This document shows positions 11,890-22,719 of a stretch of DNA of 26,608 nt, one piece after another (position 1 is the first letter of the stretch; every line of letters starts with the position of its first letter). Source of the DNA: Amoebidium appalachense (Eukaryota > Protista > Ichthyosporea). The translations under genes were made by a program, and so were the position numbers. Below the pieces are notes generated by a model that did not search any database, was not told the DNA's origin, and was given only the letters and a program-made list of their open reading frames with translations. The stretch spans positions 1 to 26,608 of the forward strand of contig CAVNZM010000052.1 of the NCBI GenBank assembly GCA_963693365.1, written 5' to 3'.

Positions 11890-12172
11890 GTGCTGATCTC
11901 TATAGATCATTTAGCCCCTAGAATCTCAGTAATCGTGAAAGTTTTCAAAATTCCGAACTTATCACCTTCTAGATCTAATGGCCTATCGTTATTTAGGCAA
12001 ATTCCGAGGATTTCGACACCCTTCAGGGTCATATTCAGTATTCAATCTATCCTAGATCACCTTGTTAATGCTGCCCAGTATGATATTGTGATACGGTGTC
12101 TTAAACTTTCTATCGGAGCTACCGATGCTAGCCTCTGCTTACCCATAATATGTAAGAGGGGTGTCGTATACT

Positions 12173-13097
12173 TGTAAAATTATATAAGTATTTGGGACGG
12201 AAGCAGAGACACAGTGGTGCAGTGTGAAAACACCACAGACACACAACAACAAAACACGGGACGATCGGAGCAGTGTACACAACAGACATCAATGTTTAGA
12301 CACGACTAAACTCAATTTATTTTGATCTCGAATAAATACCTGAAATTCCCTTAAGTTAAATCCATACATGATTTCCGACCAGTCGGAAATCAGATCTGTC
12401 TCTAACAGAAACCAATCACTAAGAACCAATTGCTTTCAGATAGATCTGGTACGCGGAGACGTACACGATAGGATACAGACACTAGTTAAGATCAACTCGT
12501 GTCATTATCAAGGAAGTTCTAACCTATGATACACTGCAAATACTCAGACATACCACACTTAACCTTGATGATTGGTTAAAGCTCGGCAACACATGAAAAC
12601 TAAAGTAAATTAATGAAGTCTGATCACACATGTCAACCTAAGTGTAGCCTAAGTGTGTTACCGTCCAATTAACACACATTAATTAACACAAATCTACCTA
12701 ACATATATTAGTAGAAAAGAAATACGATTATACGTGACATGAAGACAAGGAGAGAAAGAAAAGAAAATAAGGAAGGAGAAAGAGAAAGGAGAAGAGAGCA
12801 CAGATCAGCAAACAAGATAGTAATAGTATAACTATAACTAGAGATATTTATGTACACACGAACATGTACACGTCTCTCCCTGAGTGGGTGGATCCGTGTA
12901 CACACATATAGATATTCTAACTGATATTACAATACACGATTAAAGCCGATACAACACGATTACAAGTATACAAGCATATCGGAGATCGATGCTACACTTT
13001 ACATAATAGGAGTGTGGCATTTACACTAAGCATATGAACTGAAACATAACACAAACTGAGAAGATCTTACAATATGTAAATACTACGTATTACAACA
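12173..13097 (-). mobile_element. 3' LTR of copia family B (925 bp)
   Basis: TG...CA termini; preceded on the minus strand by a PPT and copia RT-RNaseH; several other partial copies in the window. Confidence 0.92.
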
Positions 13098-13109
13098 TCC
13101 CCACTTAAG
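13098..13109 (-). promoter_or_regulatory. Polypurine tract of copia B (CTTAAGTGGGGA)
   Basis: Abuts the LTR start; near-identical PPT abuts LTR A at 22416-22427. Confidence 0.8.
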
Positions 13110-13247
13110 ACTTTGAAGTTTGTGTTATCATATCCCCACTGAACTAGTGAAATCTCCCCACTTGAGAACAGAAACGAAAAAAAAAAGAAAATTAAGGTGT
13201 GTACTTCTCCGGGGGGGGGGGGGGGGGGGGGAGGGGGGGGGGGGGGG

Positions 13248-13281
<34 letters not shown>

Positions 13282-13589
13282 AAGGGGGGGGGGTGGGGGG
13301 GGGAAGGGGGGGGGGGGGAGGAACCGGGGCAAAAACAACAGAGATGTATAACTTTTATAGTCGGGGTGTGACTAACTGGTTTGAAACCAGTGAAAGATAG
13401 AGTAGAATCGCGATACAGGTCAAACCATATATAAAAACCCTAAGTGGGCATACCCACAAAGGCAATATACATATGAAATAATGATGGTGGTAAATTAAGT
13501 AGTAATCATTCCAGCCGGGAGGCAGTGTTGATGCATCTGCTGTCCAGGGCCCCAGCCGTAGTAGAAAACCACACGTGAAGTAAGATGGT

Positions 13590-14778
13590 TCAATCGACAA
13601 TGTCCGGCACACAAAGTCGGGCACGATGGGTGATGTGACTCGGGCCAGGGAGGGGCTTGGTGAGGATGTCGGCCAAGTTGTGAGCTGACTCGACGTAGTG
13701 GATAACAACATCCCCACTGGCAATGTAGTCTTTGGTGTTATGGTACCGGACAGCAATGTGTTTGGTACGGTGCTTGATGCCGGTGGAGTTGACGATGGCA
13801 ATGGTCGACTGGTTGTCACAATACACCGGAGTCGGAGCAAGCATGGGGCAGCCGAGTTCCTTGAAGAGGTCACGGACCCAAGCAACTTCCTGGGTGCCGG
13901 CATTGAGAGCAATCAGCTCAGCTTCGGTGGTGCTGGTGGCCGTGATGGGCTGGAGCTTGGATTACCAGATGATGGGCATACCAGCAAACTCGATGATGTA
14001 ACCGGTGGTAGACTTCTTGCTGTCAGCACAACCAGCAAAGTCAGCATCCGTGTAGCACTCGAGTATGGGGGGCTTGGTGGCCGAGTACTTGTAATCAATG
14101 CCAAGGTCAATGGTGTCGAGGAGGTACCGGGCCACACGACGGAGAAGGTCCCAGTGAGTCTTGCCGGGGTTGGTGCTGAACCGACCAAGGAAGCCGAATG
14201 GCACAGGCAATGTCGGGACCTGTGCACCGTGCCACCCAGAGAAGGCGGCCGAGTAACTCACGGTAGGGCACGGTGAACGGTTGGGGGGGGGCAGTCAGCC
14301 AGGGAGACGGTGGTGCCTGCAGGGATGGGGGTAGACTTGGACTTGGCATCGGTGAGGTTGAAGTCGTGGATGATATCCATGATGTAAGACCTCTGGTGCA
14401 TGTGTAGGTGATGGGGATCGGAGTGATTAAAATCAACACCGAGCATACGGCCAAACGGACTCATACGACAGCTGGCCATCTTGCTGATGTGGGCAGCCAG
14501 GTCACTGGCAGCAGTAGAACCCCGGGTGTTGGTGATGGTGGAGTTGTCGACGTAGTTACCAGCCCGAACCACATCGTTGTTGGGGAAGAACCGGAGGTAG
14601 ATGCACGGGTCGGTCTTAGTACGGGTCAGGCCATGGGCAAGAAGAATGCCGTCGAGGAAGTCGTACCAGGCCTTGGAGGCTTGCTTGAGGCCATACAGGG
14701 CTTTCTTGAGTCTCCAGACCTTTTCAAGGGTGGCCATGGTGATGAATCCCGGTGGCTGTTTCATGTAGATGGTCTCGG
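13590..14778 (-). pseudogene. Ty1/copia reverse transcriptase-RNase H fragment (family B)
   Basis: ETIYMKQPPGF, LKKALYGLKQAS, YVDN (from YVDD), YRELLGRLLW, YTDADFAG, YCDNQS, RTKHIAVRYH, NLADILTKPL; several frameshifts; cut upstream by the LTR A insertion. Confidence 0.95.
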
Positions 14779-15524
14779 TGTCATCTTCCCATGATTCATA
14801 GCAAGACTTAGAAGTTGAGTTTTGTATTTGTTTATTAGTTTGTTGTAGTCTGTTTCCTTTTCCCTTTTCCTTTCTTCCTTTCTTTCTTTCCTTTCTGTTT
14901 CCGTGTACACCGATATCTTAGATCTGTGTACGTATCGACATACTTAGCTCGCGCTCACGTATTGTCGTTTGTGTCAATATCTAAACATGTCATCCAATCA
15001 GATCTCGTTTGTATTTTCCCAAATATAGTAACTTACATTCCTTTCCCATTCCTTTCTCACGACGTAGCATTGTGCTATGTTCTCCAACTATTAGGAATAA
15101 TTATATTTAGACGTGTTATGATAAGAACATGTATAAATGTATGATGTGAACTAATAGGTACATAAGTGGTTTCATTTTGTTAAATGTTTCCATATTTTTA
15201 TTAGAAGTTTCTTTCATTAGAGGATTGCATTTTATCTTCTATGTGTCGACAGACATTTCGATCGATATATTTTACAATCATAGTTTTCGTCTTTCTGATT
15301 GGAAAATAGAGTTTTCGTTCTTTTGATTGGTTTATCGTTTTCACATTCCCAAGTATAAAAGGGACTTCATCTTGGAATAAATATCAAGCAGTCGTATTCA
15401 TTTCCTATGGTTCCAGAAATTGTTCCACCTCTCCGGTTGTGTTTCTCCCGTGTGTCTCTGTGTTGTGTATAACATAGCACCCATCTGTGCTCTCTGCTTC
15501 TCCGTTTACCCACACAAAACAACA
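14779..15524 (+). mobile_element. 5' LTR of copia family A (746 bp)
   Basis: TGTCATC...AACAACA; followed immediately by a PBS-like motif and gag. Confidence 0.92.
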
Positions 15525-15548
15525 GGTTTACGGCCCCTTTGCACGCTA
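15525..15548 (+). promoter_or_regulatory. Primer-binding site of half-tRNA type (GGTTTACGGCCCC...GCACGCT)
   Basis: Directly after the LTR's CA; resembles the copia GGTTATGGGCCCAGCACGCT half-tRNAiMet PBS. Confidence 0.55.
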
Positions 15549-15599
15549 ACACACAATCTCGGTACAACCGCCAAATTCCTCCATCTTACTGCTTCAATC

Positions 15600-16765
15600 A
15601 TGACTGACAAACCGTCGTACATCAACCTTCCAATATGGAATCCGTCCGAGAAAAGAGACGAGAAACGTCTCAATTATTTCGAATGGGAACCACTCATTCA
15701 CCGGTTCATAAGAACAACCATTGCCGAGAAATTCGTTGACGCTATGAAGAGGCCACAGTGGGTTGACGGCACTGAAGCCAACCAGTGGCTAGGCTACGCC
15801 ACCAAGGACTCCTACAAGAAAGCTTCCTACGTCCTTGACCAGATCCTCAACCAGTCCGTCCATCCGACCGAGCTCTACGACTCCGGCCGGATGCAAGACG
15901 GTGTCCACGGTGGAGAAGTCTTCCACAACCTGCGTATGGCGTATGTGGCAGAGAAGGAGGCCCGTGTCACCCAGATTCAAGTCACCTACGAGGAGCTTGA
16001 ACTAAGAGACTACCCCAACGTCACAGCATACCTCACCCGCCTCCAACGTCTGCTGGCTACGACACTTGCCCGCCTCGACGAGCCCTTCCAGCACAAGGAT
16101 GTCGTACGTAAGTTCTTCCTTCACCTCCGGAAGAACACGGCCCTGGTCTGCTCCGACATTGAACGTCTCTGCTCCGACTACTGGATGAACAACAAGGCCT
16201 ACCCATCCTTCAACCAGCTCATCAGTGACATCCGAGGAGCTGAAATCCGTGCCGGCCTCATTGACGCAGGCACTGGTGCAACCGTCAACAACCGTCCTCT
16301 TCGTGCACTCCAGAGCAGAATGCTTCCCCCCGGTGACCTCCGTAACCGTATCCCTCGACGTGAGCATACACCTCACCGTTCCCCGTCCCGTTCCCGTGAT
16401 CCTCGTCCGTCCTCCAAGTCACCCGGCCCCCGTTCAACTTCCCCTTACCACCGTGGTAACAGGGACAACCGTAACCGACAGCACAACACCAAGAAGGTGG
16501 AGTGTTCCTACTGCCATGAGCCCCACCACATCACAGCATGCCCGGAGCCTGGCTGTGCTGTTGCTCGTCGTGCCAAGCAGGAGAAAGGCAACAAGAGTGT
16601 GCAATTTGCACTCATCTCCTCCACCGGCACACCCGACCGTGACGACCCCGTCTGGGACAGTGCTTGTAATGCACACATCTGCCCCATCAAGGAGTATTTC
16701 TCCTCCCTTACCCCGTGTCCCCCCACCCCCATTCATGGCCTCGGCACCGTCAATGCCACACACCG
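15600..16765 (+). CDS. Copia gag (zinc knuckle) + start of protease, truncated
   Basis: ATG 15600 MTDKPSY...; CSYCHEPHHITAC knuckle; VWDSACNAHIC copia protease motif; truncated at a 25-bp LTR B remnant. Confidence 0.88.
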
Positions 16766-16790
16766 TATGTAAATACTACGTATTACAACA
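16766..16790 (-). mobile_element. 25-bp 5' tip of LTR family B
   Basis: TATGTAAATACTACGTATTACAACA, identical to 13073-13097. Confidence 0.85.
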
Positions 16791-16822
16791 CAGCTGCCCT
16801 ACTCTAACCCCCCGGGGCCCTG

Positions 16823-16866
<44 letters not shown>

Positions 16867-17129
16867 ATGCCGGGATCTCCCCGAGGGTGCCCCACCCTTG
16901 CTAACCACCCATTCCCCCGAGGCTCAGCCCCGGAGGCCCGCCCGCTGCCCCAGCACCACGTTGACACCTCCTGCTTCCGGGAGCTGCTGGCCCCCTACCC
17001 AGACCAATCATTCGCCGCGCAGCTCCTCCGTAACCAACTTCCCCGGACCCGACGACTCCGACCTTACCTGCAACCGGAGCCCTGCCCCTTCCCCTTCTGG
17101 GTCCACAAGTTCCTATCCGTTCCCCTGGG
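16791..17129 (+). pseudogene. Ngaro/DIRS-type RT ORF N-terminal remnant
   Basis: HVDTSCFRELLAPYPDQSFAAQLL and CPFPFWVHKFLSVPLG resemble the pre-RT region of YR retroelements; GC-rich; the TSD of the intervening LTR ties it to the YR-containing flank. Confidence 0.5.
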
Positions 17130-17406
17130 TGTTGTAATACGTAGTATTTACATATGGTAAGATCTTCTCAGTTTGTGTTATGTTTCAGTTCATATGCTTA
17201 GTGTAAAAGCTACACTCCTATTATGAGGAATTTCAGGTATTTATTCGAAGATCAGAATAAATTCAGTTTAGTCGTGTCTAAACATTGATGTCTGTTGTGT
17301 ACACTGCTCCGATCGTTCCGTGTTGTGTTGTTGTGTGTGTCTGTGGTGTTTTCACACTGCACCACTGTGTCTCTGCTTTCATCCCAAATACTTATACAAT
17401 TTAACA
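17130..17406 (+). mobile_element. Internally deleted solo LTR, family B (277 bp), TSD CTGGG
   Basis: Both LTR B termini are present, joined near 17225; CTGGG at 17125-17129 and 17407-17411. Confidence 0.9.
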
Positions 17407-17435
17407 CTGGGCTCAAACCCCCCCCCCCCCCCCCC

Positions 17436-17980
17436 ACACCAGGGAGCCCCTCCTCTCCTCCCACCTCAGCCTACTCCATGGCCAGTGCCCCACCAAAGCC
17501 TCCTCGGCCAATCTCCGGCTATGGACGGCCCTCATCGTCGGTTTCTGTGGTCTCCTCCGTTCGGGGGAATTTACCTCCAAGACCCTGACTTCCTTCGACC
17601 CGTCCCGTCACGTTAAAACGGAAGGACGTGACCCTCAGCTACACCCCCACCGCCCATCTCCTCCGGCAGTTCCTGGATACAACGTCCGGTCAACCCGACG
17701 ACCCCCTGTTCAGTCTCGGTGGCATCCCCTACACCAAGGATGCTTTCTCTGCCGACTTCCGTGCCCTCCTCTCCCGGGCAGCCTGAGGCCTCTCACCCTC
17801 CCGGTTTGCCGGCCACAGCCTCCGAATAGGGGGGGCCACAGCCCTGGCTGAGGCCGGAGTCGACGACTCCCAGATCAAACAACTCGGCAGATGGTCCTCC
17901 GACTGTTTCCTGATCTATACTCGACTTCGCCCGCCCTCCATTGCTGCCACTACCACACGTGTATTCGCCTCTATTCTCTT
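17436..17980 (+). pseudogene. Tyrosine recombinase of an Ngaro/DIRS-class retroelement (absent from the ORF track)
   Basis: Manual translation: LWTALIVGFCGLLRSGEF ... DDPLF ... RAA*GLSPSRFAGHSLRIGGATALAEAG...IKQLGRWSSDCFLIYTR, giving the catalytic R, HxxR, W and Y residues; one in-frame stop and a deletion or frameshift. Confidence 0.92.
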
Positions 17981-18014
17981 AAGTGAAACCTTTGGAGCAA
18001 GCATACTGCTCTCG

Positions 18015-18676
18015 TGCCGTGGTTTACAACCATTGCAGGTTCACTTTCGTCCAAGGGGACGTCCCCCTAGAGGCAACACACGTCCCGGAGTAGTTTTCAT
18101 AGAGGTTTTATTTGTGGAGTTTTATTGACATAAATATTTTTCTGGGTAAACACGTAGGATGGGTGTCCGATATCAACATAACTTGAACCATGTAGGCTTC
18201 GTTTCGTGTTTTAGCAGCTCGCGTTCGGCTGCCCGCATACGGGCACCTATTAGCCGATCAAAACATCAGATTCCACAGATCACTAGACCGAGTTTGATTG
18301 GCTCAACATCAGATTTCAACATAACACTAGATCGATTTTGATTGGCTCAGATCGGGAGCCTTAGGTATATAAGCACGACAGTTTTTAGCAGATCAGCAAG
18401 CAACAGACACATCTTCTGTGTTTGGCACCTACAGCTTTACAGCTATATTTTCTTTTCACCCACCCACATACACCCAACACTCAACCCCCATTGATCCACA
18501 CATACGTGCTGTTTTTTCACGGGGCGAAGACTTCCCCCGTTTTTTGGGCACAAGGACCTCACGGATCAATAAATTGATGACTGGGGGCTTGCCGTGGTTT
18601 ACAACCATTGCAGGTTCACTTTCGTCCAAGGGGACGTCCCCCTAGAGGCAACACACGTCCCGGAGTAGTTTTCATA
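18015..18676 (+). repeat. Split direct repeat end (B1 18015-18101, A2 18102-18589, B2 18590-18676) of an Ngaro-like element
   Basis: Two identical 87-bp copies downstream of YR; the spacer contains ATTGG boxes (~18297, ~18341) and TATATAA (~18366). Confidence 0.8.
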
Positions 18677-19162
18677 ATTAATGAAGTCTGATCACACATG
18701 TCAACCTAAGTGTAGCCTAAGTGTGTTACCGTCCAATCAACACATATTAAGTAACACAAATCTACCTAACATATATTAGTAGAAAAGAAATATGAGTATA
18801 CACATGAAGACAGGGAGGGAAGGAAAAGAAAATAAGGAAGGAGAAAGAGAAAGGAGAAGAGAGCACAGATCAACAAACAAGATAGTAATAGTATAACTAT
18901 AACTAGAGATATTTATGTACACACGAACATGTACACGTCTCTCCCTGAGTGGGTGGATCCGTGTACACACATATAATTATTCTAATTGATATTACAATAC
19001 ACGATTAAAGCCGATACAACACGATTACAAGTATACAAGCATATCGGAGATCGATGCTACACTTTACATAATAGGAGTGTGGCATTTACACTAAGCATAT
19101 GAACTGAAACATAACACAAACTGAGATGATCTTACAATATGTAAATACTACGTATTATAGCA
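18677..19162 (-). mobile_element. LTR family B, 5' half (target of the Ngaro-like insertion)
   Basis: Highly similar to ~12608-13097; junction CATA|ATTAATGAAG versus GTAA|ATTAATGAAG in the intact LTR. Confidence 0.88.
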
Positions 19163-20114
19163 GGGGCCCCTCAGCCTGCCCAGGAACCGGGGGCGCCGTC
19201 CAGACGAAATGCTTGCATACGCCACGGCCGCACCCGCGCGGGAAAATCACCTCAGAGGGGCGCAGAGGCACACTTGCCGAAGCCAACCCCTGAATGACGG
19301 GCCACCACGACGCCATATCCCACACTGGAACGACGAGGATGCCCGCTGCACCTTCCCGCTGCACCTTGGCCACCGTTCGCTTGATCAGCGGGAACGGGGG
19401 CGCCCACCAGCTTGGTGCCGTCCACGGCACCGCCAACCCGTCTGCCATCCCACTGGGGGCCCCTGCCTGGGCCCACACATCAAACTCGGCCTTCACTGCC
19501 GAGGTGTGGGTGGCAAACCGATCAACTTCGGGCTGCATGCCCAGCAGCCACTCCACCCGCTCGACTGCCTCCGGCGTGACTTGCCATTCATGCCGGGGGT
19601 CCACCCGCGACAGCCAATCTGCTCGGTCGTTGAGCTCACCCGGGATGTAGGCCACCTCCTGTGGCCAAGGCAACCCGTGGTCGAGGCACAACTGCAGAAG
19701 CTGCCACAGAATGCGCTGCATCGAGGGGCTGCCGCTGCCCTTTTCCCGCACGGCCCCAAGGGCCGCCTGGGCATCGGTATGCCACTGCACCCGCTGCCCA
19801 CGGAGGGCTTCCTGCACTGGCAGGGCAGGGCTCTGATAGGCCTCCAACAGGCCCTCACACTCCGCAATCGCGGCCGCCCGCGGAGCTTCGTCGGCTGCCC
19901 ACCTGCCCGCCGCCTCAAGCCGCAGGGGCAGGGGATCCCGCCACTTGAAGCACGGCCCCCCAGCCGTGTGTGGTGGCAGCATCCGTGATGAGCGTAGCCG
20001 TGACCGGGTTGCAGGGCCATATCTCCGCCCGAGGCAACCGGCCAATGAACTGGGGCGTCCGACCGATAATCCGTAACTGACGCCCCGAAAGCCGAACGAA
20101 ACTGCGCCAATTTC
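19163..20114 (-). pseudogene. DIRS/PAT-like RNase H + DNA adenine methyltransferase-like domain
   Basis: TDAATTHGWGAV (other frame), VQWHTDAQAA and YIPGELNDRADWLSR (RNase H); PEVDRFAT, WWAPPFPLI and ILVVPVWDMASWWP (DIRS MT domain). Confidence 0.88.
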
Positions 20115-20857
20115 TGTCATCTTCACTTGATTCTCAGCAAGACTTAGAAGTTGAGTTTTGTATTTGGTTATTAGTTTGTTGTAGTTTGTTTCCTTTTCCT
20201 TCTTCCTTTCTTTCTTTTCTTTCTGTTTCCGTGTACACCGATATCTTAGATCTGTGTACGTATCGACATACTTAGCTCGCGCACACGTAATACTATTGTC
20301 GTTTGTGTCAAAATCTATATATGTCATCCAATCAAATCTCGTTAGTATTTTCCCAAATATAGTAACTTACATTCCTTTCCCATTCCTTTCTCACGACGTA
20401 GCATTGTGCTATGTTCTCCAACTATTAGGATTGATTATATTTAGACGTGTTATGATAAGAACATGTATAAATGTATGTTGTGAACTAATAGTTACATAAG
20501 TGGTTTCATTTTGTTAAATGTTTCCGTGCTTTTATTAGAAGTTTCTTTCATTAGAGGATTGAGTTTTATATTCTATGTGTCGACAGACATTTCGATCGAT
20601 ATATTTTACACTCATAGTTTTCGTCTTTCTGATTGGAAAATAGAGTTTTCGTTCTTTTGATTGGTTTATCGTTTTCACATTCCCAGGTATAAAAGGGACT
20701 TCATCTTGGAATAAATATCAAGCAGTCGTATTCATTTCCTATGGTTCCAGAAATCGTTCCACCTCTCCGGTTGTGTTTTTCCCGTGTGTCTCTGTGTTGT
20801 GTATAACATAACACCCTCTGTGCTCTCTGCTTCTCCGTTTACCCACACAAAATAACA
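20115..20857 (+). mobile_element. Solo LTR, family A (743 bp), TSD ATTTC
   Basis: TG...CA termini; ATTTC at 20110-20114 and 20858-20862. Confidence 0.93.
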
Positions 20858-21640
20858 ATTTCCCCCGCGTAGGGCGGCATACACTGGCCGCACCAACGTC
20901 AGCATGTGGGGAGTGGCAGCCCGCAGACTCATGACCACCCCCAACCACCGGGTGACTTGCTTCTTTTCCACCCATCGCTTGCCCTTGCGAGCCTTGGCCA
21001 TCACCCGCTTGATCTCCTCCACTGCACCAGCTTCTCCATACAATAGGTGGCGGTAGAGGCCAACACACCTGCGGCAAGGTCGACATGGATGCCTAGATGG
21101 TCGAGATGGTCGGTGGGCTCCCACTGGCCCTAAGCTCCGTATTTCGGCTCAGGCCCGTTGCCTCGAGCTGCCCCTCAACAACACCGCGAGTTCGCAGCGC
21201 CTTTAGCGGCCGTTCGACGACCCACCAGTCGTCCAAGAACGCTAACGTGCGCACACCGCGCCGGTGAAGACGCCGACCGAACTCCTTCATGAGCCGCATG
21301 AAGTAGTATGGGCTGAGGGAATAGCCGAAAGGCAGCACAGTGTACTGATACAGCTGCCCGCCAACCCGAATATGAAAATATTTACGCCACCGTGGCGCAA
21401 TTGCCAGCGCAAAGTAGCCGTCTTTCAGGTCGAAACTGAAGCCGTGGTCACCTGGCTGAGCAATGACCTGCAGGTCATGATCACTGAGCGTCTCGTACTT
21501 GAGGCCCCGCTACACGGCACACTCATTCACTGGGCGCATGTCGATTATCAGCCACACTTTACCGTTTGGTTTCCGCACCCCAAACGTGGTCGACACGCAA
21601 TGCTTCCTGGACTCGTCGATGGGTTCAAGTGCGCCCTTAC
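20858..21640 (-). pseudogene. DIRS/PAT-like reverse transcriptase
   Basis: KPNGKVWLIIDMRPVN, SFDLKDGYFAL, YQYTVLPFGYSLSPYYF, LAFLDDWW; has an in-frame stop and frameshift; continuous with 19163-20114 across the solo LTR. Confidence 0.92.
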
Positions 21641-22415
21641 TGTTGTTTTGTGTGGGTAAACGGAGAAGCAGAGAGCACAGATGGGTGTTATGTTATACAC
21701 AACACAGAGACACACGGGAGAAACACAACCGGAGAGGTGGAACGATTTCTGGAACCATAGGAAATGATTTCAACTGCTTGATATTTATTTCAAGATGAAG
21801 TTCATTTTATACTCAGGAATGTGAAATCTATTATCCAATCAGAAAGACGAAAATTATGAGGGTAAAATAAATCGATCGAAATGCCTGTCGACACATAGAA
21901 GATAAAACGCAATCTCCCAATGAAAGAAATCTTCTAATAAAAGGTACAGAAACATTTAACAAAATGAAAACACTTATGTATCCATTAGTTCACATCATAC
22001 ATTTATACATGTTCTTAACATAACACGTCTAAATATAAGCATTCCTAATAGTTGGGGAACATAGAGCAATGCTACGTCGTGGGAAAAGAAGGAAAAGGAA
22101 TGAGGATAGAAAGGAATAGATTGGGAAAGGAATCGAATAGAATTAATGAGGAATGTAGGTTACTATATTTGGGAAAATATAACGAGATCTGATTGGACAA
22201 CATATTTAGACATTGACGCAAACAACAATACATGTGCGCGGGCTAAATAGCTCGATGTGTACACAGATCTAAGATATTTGTACACACGGAAACGGAAAGG
22301 AAAGAAAGAAAGGAAGGAAGAAAGAAAAAGGGAAAAGGAAACAAACTACAACAAACTAATAAACAAATGAAAAACTCAACTTCTAAGTCTTGCCGTTAAT
22401 CATGGGAAGATGACA
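21641..22415 (-). mobile_element. 3' LTR of a copia family A element (775 bp)
   Basis: Full LTR A; no TSD (CTTAC vs TCCCC); a PPT abuts its 5' end. Confidence 0.9.
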
Positions 22416-22427
22416 TCCCCACTCAAG
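22416..22427 (-). promoter_or_regulatory. Polypurine tract of copia A (CTTGAGTGGGGA)
   Basis: Adjacent to the LTR start; one mismatch from the family B PPT. Confidence 0.8.
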
Positions 22428-22719
22428 GGTTGGAAGGTGGGTTCTCGTGAAGTTTGTTGATGTGACTGTTGATGTCAATACTCTCACACTTGTAGAAGCA
22501 GGTGCCGTGACGTCACAGTCAAGTTTCCCCACTCGAGAAGACAAATGGAGAAGACTTGAAGGGGCAAGCCGGGGGAGAAAACCAAAACGGAAGAAGCACA
22601 CAACGGCGGCTGCTTCGGAAGACTCGGAACATGACGGTAGCCAACGACGATATATATTTATAGAAGAAAACACTAGTGTATGTGTGACGTGTTGGTGGCT
22701 AATGTTTTATACTGGGGCC

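Larger units (their letters stand above)
7546..11902. mobile_element. Putative PIF/Harbinger-ISL2EU-type DNA transposon with convergent Exo1/XPG nuclease and THAP-DDE transposase
   Basis: Inverted repeats TGATTGCGCAAACAC + AATTTCTGCCGCATAAC at 7557-7600 and the reverse complement at 11858-11889 bracket the two convergent genes. Outer boundaries are approximate. Confidence 0.6.

Noticed and set aside
10637-14794. Plus-strand ORFs 10637-11239, 13698-14276 and 14408-14794
   Set aside because: They are antisense shadows of the transposase and copia pol.
15420-15599. N-terminal extension of gag in the ORF track
   Set aside because: It starts inside the LTR at a non-ATG codon; ATG 15600 after the PBS is the plausible start.
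16225-17160. 311-aa Pro/Thr-rich ORF
   Set aside because: It is an alternative frame of gag running through an LTR tip, poly-C and an Ngaro remnant, so a fusion artefact.
12173-19162. LTR B at 12173 and LTR B at 19162 as the two ends of one element
   Set aside because: The orientation fits, but the flanks (ATACT vs GGGGC) give no TSD and lie in different host sequences.
19155-20327. 390-aa ORF as one protein
   Set aside because: It is a chimera: the N-terminus is read from antisense solo LTR A and the stop lies in LTR B; only the RNaseH-MT part is real.
14779-22415. LTR A copies as large terminal inverted repeats capturing cargo
   Set aside because: Each is explained as an independent LTR: one has PBS+gag, one has its own TSD, and one has a PPT in the opposite orientation.
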